Positions 25,883 through 30,839 of a stretch of 30,839 bases of DNA are shown piece by piece. Under the pieces are notes generated by a model. The model was given only the letters and a program-made list of their open reading frames with translations. It was not told the origin of the DNA and ran no database searches. Source of the stretch: Candidatus Hadarchaeota archaeon (GTDB lineage: Archaea; CAYQAE01; CAYVLA01); the NCBI GenBank assembly GCA_964452145.1, contig CAYVLA010000029.1, forward strand, positions 1-30,839, given 5' to 3'. Each line of letters opens with the position of its first letter. The first letter of the stretch is position 1. The position numbers and the translations under genes are program-made.

Positions 25883-25965
25883 CTAGCACACCTTTCGACG
25901 GTTCGGCGAAGCCGTACTAAAATCTTGCGATGATGACGTGCTGGGCGCGCCCGGTACTGGCCGTC

Positions 25966-28900
25966 CTATGCCGCACCCGATCGCCGCTTCAGGGAGGGCC
26001 TAAGCGACAGAGGCCGCCTCTCCATCCTCATGGGAACCCTTTCCTCCCGGGCACCGATGGAGATGTAGGTCCCCAACTCCTTGGCTGTTCGCATATAGTC
26101 CATCAGAGCCTCGCGGGCCTGGAGGTCGGCTCGGTTCATCCTTATCGTGGCGGAATCGGCTATGACTATCAGCTTCTTCGTGCACCTGGACATCGCGACG
26201 TTGAGACGCCTGACGTTGCGGAGGAATCCCAAAAGCCCACTGGAGTTGCTCCTGACCAGGCTGAGCAGGACGATGTCCGCCTGCCGTCCCTGGTAGCTGT
26301 CAACGGTACCCATCTTCAGGCCCCCTTCCAGCATTCCCCTGAGCATGGAGTTCTGGGCCTGGTAGGGCGAGAGGAAAAGTAGGTCTTCGGTTGCCGTGCC
26401 GAGGATTCTGAGCAGCTCGGCCGAGACGATTGCCTCACCAACATTGCACTTGCTGCGACGCCCGCTCTCCCTGCTCCTCGCCTGGGTGTCAGTGAAGATG
26501 AGGTGATTGGCCGGGTCCACGATGCGACTCAGGTCGCCCGGACTCAGTCGAAGTTCCAGCGCCGCCCTGGCTAACTTGGCGTTGACCTGCCTGCTCACAG
26601 CCGCGAGGTCGGCAGAGACCGCCGGATGATCATGACCCTCGTCGCCCTCATCGTTCCTCAGCTTGGAGTCGTAGAACTGCCTTGAGAGGTAGGACCCAAC
26701 TTCGTGGGGGCAGCGGTACTGCACATCAAGCATGACGATGCCTCCGGCCCCCTCTAGGTCCTTCACGGCCAGATCGAACCAGCTCGTCAGGTCCTTGCCC
26801 GCCCTGGGGTCGAGAATGAGAGGTTCAAGCTGCCTATGGTCCCCGACCAGAACCCACCTTCTGGATAGCAGGCAAGGTATCAGAGCGTAGGGCAAGAGGC
26901 ACTGGCTCGCCTCATCGATGATGCAGACCTCGAAGGGAAGGTACCTCAGCTTGTAGTAGCCGTCGCCCTCCATGTACGCGTCGCGGAAGGCATTGCTGAG
27001 ACAGGATATCAGCGTCGACCCCACCACATCGGCCTCCCTCATCGCAGCGAGATCATCCTTGCCGTAGCGATGCGGGTCCACGATTCGCATCTCGGCCAGA
27101 CCATCGGCCGCCTCTCCGGTGGCCACCCTCACTTGCTTCAGATCCACGCCCTCCTCCCGGGCCAGCTTTGTGATCATCTCCATGGCATTGTTGACCGCAT
27201 TGTTCGTGTAGCTGGCAACTAGGACCTTCCTCCCGGACTTGGCGAGTTCGAGGGAGGCCCTGGCTATCACTGTGGTCTTTCCCGACCCGAAGGGACCGTG
27301 TATCACCGTCAGCTTCGAGCCCATGATCATCCGGGCCGCCTTCTGTTGTGACTGATTCAAACCCACGAAGTCGCCCTCCAGGGCGCAGCTCGGCACGCTC
27401 GAGGCAGACTCGAAGGCGCGCCTCAATTCGCCCAGATGCGACCGGATCTCATCTTGGTCCGCGAAGGCTTGAGGGATTTCAATAGCCGTTATGGCGATCT
27501 TGGCCCGGTTGGAAAAATCCACCGGAACCGAGAAATCCAGGCGGAGCCTGCCCTGGGAGAGAAGGGAAGGCGTCAGCGGATCCCTGAGCCTGATGTCCAA
27601 TAGATCTCCCTCCACGCCTCGGACCACGCCGAATCCCCATCCATGCGTGGCCTCGATGGGCGAGAATCTCACAAACGATCCACGCACGGGTGATGCTCGC
27701 CCTGAACTCTCCAGTTTGACCTTGAGATCGTCCTCGCTGTACTCCACTATCACGTTGTCGAGCGTAATCATGCCGTCCTCGAAGAGGTCGTCCAGGGAAG
27801 CATCCAGCTGGAAGGCCCGCCAGCTTGCCTCGGCCTCCATGTCAAGCCCATCTCTCACCCTGCTGAGGTACTCATCCGGCTTGTAGTCAGAGAGAGTCCT
27901 GCAGATCCCTTTGAACGAGCACTCACGACACTTCGCACGTCCATACTCGTCCAAGACCGGGATGGGGCAGCTTGTCGAGAATAGGTACTCATCACGAGCC
28001 CAAAGGCACTGCCGAAGCAGCTGCTCCAGATCATCCTCCCTTGCCACATGTTGGAATGCCCTGCCGCCAGTCCACTTGTCGAAAACCCATACCTCGGCGC
28101 GCGTCCGAGCGGTCTTGGCGGCTTCCTTGAACATCTGGGAATAGGTTGACGCCTGGAGCAGGGCCCTCATCGGTCCCGGCGAACGGCCATTCTGATAGAT
28201 CTGGGTCTTGTCCGTGATCTTGTACTCTATGATTCTGCCTTCGCCCGGCCTTTCTTTCCTCAAGCCCACGAAATCAGCCCTGCCTATCAGGCCCAGCCTG
28301 CTGCTCATAAGGTTGTACTCCCAGCAGAAGTAGCCGCCCGGCCCCGTCCACTCCATGATGTCGTTTGAGACCTCCTCGCAGGTCGACAGGGTGGTTGCTG
28401 CCTCGCTTTGGAGATCGGGCAGGTTGAGCTCCTTCGCCAGGGCTTGTATGAAGTCCTGGGTGCCGATTCTAGCGGCCCTCAGGGCCTCCTCGTGGCCATG
28501 ACCCGAGGAAAGCTCGCCCCAGAGGAGCCTCCAGTGCCTCTGAAGTATTCGGTGGCGCACAACCCCCATCATGCTTCTCTCAGTTGTCACCTCCTCAATC
28601 CCCAGCCGCCCAGTGACGAACCCGCGCAGCCTACAGAAGGGGACCGCCTCGTAGACCGGCACCAATCTGTCCACGTTGATGGTCACTCCGGGGCCTTTCT
28701 TCCACATTCCCAGACGATCCCTGTAGCCCCCCCAGCGGAACCACTCCTTCTCCTCCGGGAGATGATGGAAGAGCAGGTGGCTCCCTTCCCTGACCATGCC
28801 TCTCTCTACCATCTTCATCAGGCAGGGCATGGCCTCCTCCTCCGGTTCGTCGCTTGGGGCGAAGTAGACGCTTCTCTCCTCCCCGCCCTCCAGGGCCACC

Positions 28901-28974
28901 CCTATGCGGGCGTAGGGGCCCTGGCTGCCCATTCTTCTCTCCACTCTCCGGACCAGTCCCACCACGCCAAACAA
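25966..28974 (-). CDS. Dna2-like protein: Cas4/RecB-type PD-(D/E)XK Fe-S nuclease fused to a UPF1-like SF1B helicase
   Basis: Nuclease: FCRLR, E.NLMSSRLGLIGRADF, IIEYK, LQASTY and CRECSFKGIC. Helicase: HGPFGSGKTT, SYTNNAVNN, IIDEASQ, LVGDHRQLEP, LDVQYRC, TVDSYQGRQ and RRLNVAMSR. Confidence 0.88.
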   Translation of the reverse strand: MFGVVGLVRRVERRMGSQGPYARIGVALEGGEERSVYFAPSDEPEEEAMPCLMKMVERGMVREGSHLLFHHLPEEKEWFRWGGYRDRLGMWKKGPGVTINVDRLVPVYEAVPFCRLRGFVTGRLGIEEVTTERSMMGVVRHRILQRHWRLLWGELSSGHGHEEALRAARIGTQDFIQALAKELNLPDLQSEAATTLSTCEEVSNDIMEWTGPGGYFCWEYNLMSSRLGLIGRADFVGLRKERPGEGRIIEYKITDKTQIYQNGRSPGPMRALLQASTYSQMFKEAAKTARTRAEVWVFDKWTGGRAFQHVAREDDLEQLLRQCLWARDEYLFSTSCPIPVLDEYGRAKCRECSFKGICRTLSDYKPDEYLSRVRDGLDMEAEASWRAFQLDASLDDLFEDGMITLDNVIVEYSEDDLKVKLESSGRASPVRGSFVRFSPIEATHGWGFGVVRGVEGDLLDIRLRDPLTPSLLSQGRLRLDFSVPVDFSNRAKIAITAIEIPQAFADQDEIRSHLGELRRAFESASSVPSCALEGDFVGLNQSQQKAARMIMGSKLTVIHGPFGSGKTTVIARASLELAKSGRKVLVASYTNNAVNNAMEMITKLAREEGVDLKQVRVATGEAADGLAEMRIVDPHRYGKDDLAAMREADVVGSTLISCLSNAFRDAYMEGDGYYKLRYLPFEVCIIDEASQCLLPYALIPCLLSRRWVLVGDHRQLEPLILDPRAGKDLTSWFDLAVKDLEGAGGIVMLDVQYRCPHEVGSYLSRQFYDSKLRNDEGDEGHDHPAVSADLAAVSRQVNAKLARAALELRLSPGDLSRIVDPANHLIFTDTQARSRESGRRSKCNVGEAIVSAELLRILGTATEDLLFLSPYQAQNSMLRGMLEGGLKMGTVDSYQGRQADIVLLSLVRSNSSGLLGFLRNVRRLNVAMSRCTKKLIVIADSATIRMNRADLQAREALMDYMRTAKELGTYISIGAREERVPMRMERRPLSLRPSLKRRSGAA

Positions 28975-29016
28975 GAAAACACCAGGAGACCGCTGACAAA
29001 CCCCCCGCCTTAAGGG

Positions 29017-29027
29017 GATAAAAAAAG
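29017..29027 (-). promoter_or_regulatory. T7 tract on the minus strand: TATA box for the Dna2-like gene and/or oligo-T terminator of the upstream isomerase
   Basis: CTTTTTTTATC on the minus strand, 35 nt after the stop at 29062 and about 45 nt before TTG 28974. Confidence 0.45.
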
Positions 29028-29061
29028 TTCTCCTACCCCGGCACCGAGAGTTGATGGGCCG

Positions 29062-29814
29062 CTAGACGTATCGCCTCAAAAGGGCGATGCTCTTCTCGAT
29101 GTTCTCCGTCTCATCGCCCTCCCCCTCATACTCCAAGGAATAGGTTCCGCTGAAACCTGCATCCTTGAAGATCCGGCATATCCTCTTGTAATCCAGTCTC
29201 GTCTCAAGGCCCCTCTGGTTGAAATTGAAGGTCTTGGCATGCATATGAGCGGCCAGCGGAGCGACCTTCTCGAGCTCCTCGTAGACGTTCCCAAGGAAGT
29301 TCCCGGTGTCGGGACAGGCTCGCAGGTGCTCGCTGCCCACCGTGTGTATCATCTCGATGATCTCATCCGACGAGTTGCAGTAGTTGCCGTGATTCTCCAT
29401 TGCGACGGTCACTCCCCTGTCCCCGGCGTATCTCGAGACCTGCTTCAGACACTCCAGCGTGAGGTACTTAAGCCCCACGGGAGGCTCGCCGCTCACATGG
29501 CCAAAGAAAGCTCTCACTATCCTTGCGCCGACCTCCTCGCCCACGTCGATCGCTTCCTGAACGTCCTCGACCTGGGCCTTCCTAGCGTCTTCCTCGAGCA
29601 AGGCGAAGTTGTTCTCGGCCGAGACACAGCTCCATGCTATCCCGGCATCCTCGCACCTGGCCTTCAGGATCTCGGCATTTCCGTCAAGATGGCTCATGAT
29701 CACCTCGATATCTTCAAAACCCATCGCCTTTGCCTTGTAGGGCATATCGAGGATGGACAGCTTCCCCTGCGCCAATTCCCTGTGAAGACTCCAGGAGCTC
29801 AATCCTAGCGGCAT
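29062..29814 (-). CDS. Sugar phosphate isomerase/epimerase (AP endonuclease 2/xylose-isomerase-like TIM barrel)
   Basis: GLSSWSL, GFEDIE, AMENHG, CPDTGNF, HMHAK and YSLEYEG metal-binding motifs. Confidence 0.9.
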   Translation of the reverse strand: MPLGLSSWSLHRELAQGKLSILDMPYKAKAMGFEDIEVIMSHLDGNAEILKARCEDAGIAWSCVSAENNFALLEEDARKAQVEDVQEAIDVGEEVGARIVRAFFGHVSGEPPVGLKYLTLECLKQVSRYAGDRGVTVAMENHGNYCNSSDEIIEMIHTVGSEHLRACPDTGNFLGNVYEELEKVAPLAAHMHAKTFNFNQRGLETRLDYKRICRIFKDAGFSGTYSLEYEGEGDETENIEKSIALLRRYV

Positions 29815-29846
29815 GGATTACACGCCCCTCCAGACATGGAACCGCG

Positions 29847-29935
29847 CTATAAATTGTTTAGCATCGGGGCATCGGGACACTGGGGGAAGCATCTGGGTGA
29901 TCGGTTTCCGGTTTGCCTCCGCTGACCTTTTTAAA
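29847..29935. promoter_or_regulatory. Divergent TATA boxes for the isomerase and the PfkB kinase
   Basis: Minus strand TTTATAG (29847-29853) and plus strand TTTTTAAA (29928-29935), each about 33 nt from its start codon. Confidence 0.55.
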
Positions 29936-29967
29936 CAACGGACCCTCCAAGGGCCCAAGGCGATCGT

Positions 29968-30839
29968 ATGGACGTCGTCAGCATCGGAGACCTGAACATC
30001 GACTTGATCAGCCAGCCATTAACCGATTTCCCCCGAAAGGAGGCCTCCACGATAATCGACTACTATGTCCTCATGGTCGGCGGATGCGCGGCGAACTTCG
30101 CAGCCGCGACGGCCACCCTGGGCCTTTCAACCCGATTCATGGGGCTACTCGGGGACGATGCGATGAGCGATTGGCTCGTCGCCGAGATGGAGCGCCACGG
30201 GGTTGAGGTGCGCGTGGGGAGGAGGGCCGGCACGACATGCGGCATAACCCTTGCTTTCTCCTTTGAGGACGGCAAGCGTTCCTATCTGGCGACCCTGGGT
30301 TCCAACAGACAGCTTTGCCTGGATGATATGGACCTGTCCCTTCTGGAAGGCGTCAAGCACGTCCACCGTTCGGGGTATTGGTGGCCCGACCGTATGGTGG
30401 GCGCCGGGACCGCCAAGGTCTTAGAGTCAGCCAAGGAGGGCGGTGCCCAGACCTCCTTGGACATTGGCTGGGATTACAAGGGCTGGTCGACCGAACGGGT
30501 GAGATCGGTATTCGAGCCGCTTAAGCACACCGATGTCTTCTTCGCCAACAAGGATGAGGTCGAGAAGCTGACCGGGCAGGCCGATCCCCTGCAGGGAGCC
30601 AAGGATCTCCTCAAACTGGGCCCCCACATGATCGCGCTCCACCTAGGCAAGAGGGGGTCAGCAGTTGTGACCCCCACCGAGATCGTCCAGGCTCGGCCGC
30701 ACAACGTGCAGATCGTCAACCCCACCGGAACTGGGGATGTCTACAACGCCTCCTTCGTCTACGGTCTGGTCAAGGGCTGGGATATTCAGAAGGTGGCCGA
30801 ATTCGCGGTTGCGGCAGCAGAGGTGCACATCCAACGTCG
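29968..30839 (+). CDS. PfkB/ribokinase-family carbohydrate kinase; 3'-truncated and absent from the ORF track
   Basis: My translation from ATG 29968 gives MDVVSIGDLNIDL..GGCAANFAAATATLG..GLLGDD..FFANKDE..LGKRGS..VNPTGTGDVYNASF, open to the window end. Confidence 0.92.
   Translation, partial: MDVVSIGDLNIDLISQPLTDFPRKEASTIIDYYVLMVGGCAANFAAATATLGLSTRFMGLLGDDAMSDWLVAEMERHGVEVRVGRRAGTTCGITLAFSFEDGKRSYLATLGSNRQLCLDDMDLSLLEGVKHVHRSGYWWPDRMVGAGTAKVLESAKEGGAQTSLDIGWDYKGWSTERVRSVFEPLKHTDVFFANKDEVEKLTGQADPLQGAKDLLKLGPHMIALHLGKRGSAVVTPTEIVQARPHNVQIVNPTGTGDVYNASFVYGLVKGWDIQKVAEFAVAAAEVHIQR

Noticed and set aside
27900..28640. Cas4-like domain as evidence of a CRISPR-Cas locus
   Set aside because: It is fused to a UPF1-like helicase as in Dna2, and there are no cas1/cas2 genes or repeat-spacer array in the window.
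1..30839. Stop-codon recoding (Sec/Pyl), introns or inteins
   Set aside because: No gene shows homology continuing past an in-frame TGA/TAG, and recognised proteins have normal lengths without insertions.

Overview
A GC-rich (roughly 60% by eye), gene-dense stretch of an archaeal chromosome. The archaeal call rests on trm1, an MJ0144-family Dus-like TIM barrel, a DUF234-type archaeal ATPase, TATA/BRE-like promoter elements and sequon-rich surface proteins. The window holds about 22 protein genes; I see no tRNA, rRNA, CRISPR array or transposase. Contents in order: the 3' end of a DUF234 ATPase-nuclease; a decaying UPF0175/DUF3368(PIN) toxin-antitoxin pair; a sulfatase; two large secreted, C-terminally anchored proteins; a MurNAc/sugar-scavenging block (DUF6259 glycosidase-like gene, MurK/NagK-like kinase, divergent murQ apparently starting at ACG, GHL10/DigH-like hydrolase, surface-tethered rhodanese, GH172, anchored six-hairpin glycosidase-like protein); the Dus-like gene and nfeD, separated from its usual partner slipin by a 4-kb opposite-strand operon (URO-D-family protein, beta-helix glycosidase, beta-propeller); trm1; a class I/II aminotransferase; a Dna2-like Fe-S nuclease/SF1 helicase; a sugar isomerase/epimerase; and a PfkB kinase cut off by the window end. 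The two strongest leads are an archaeal locus for consuming bacterial cell-wall sugars and a recurring Pro-less [VI]x[ED]-TM-Arg C-terminal sorting signal on three unrelated secreted proteins. All family calls come from motif recognition by eye; no database searches were run.
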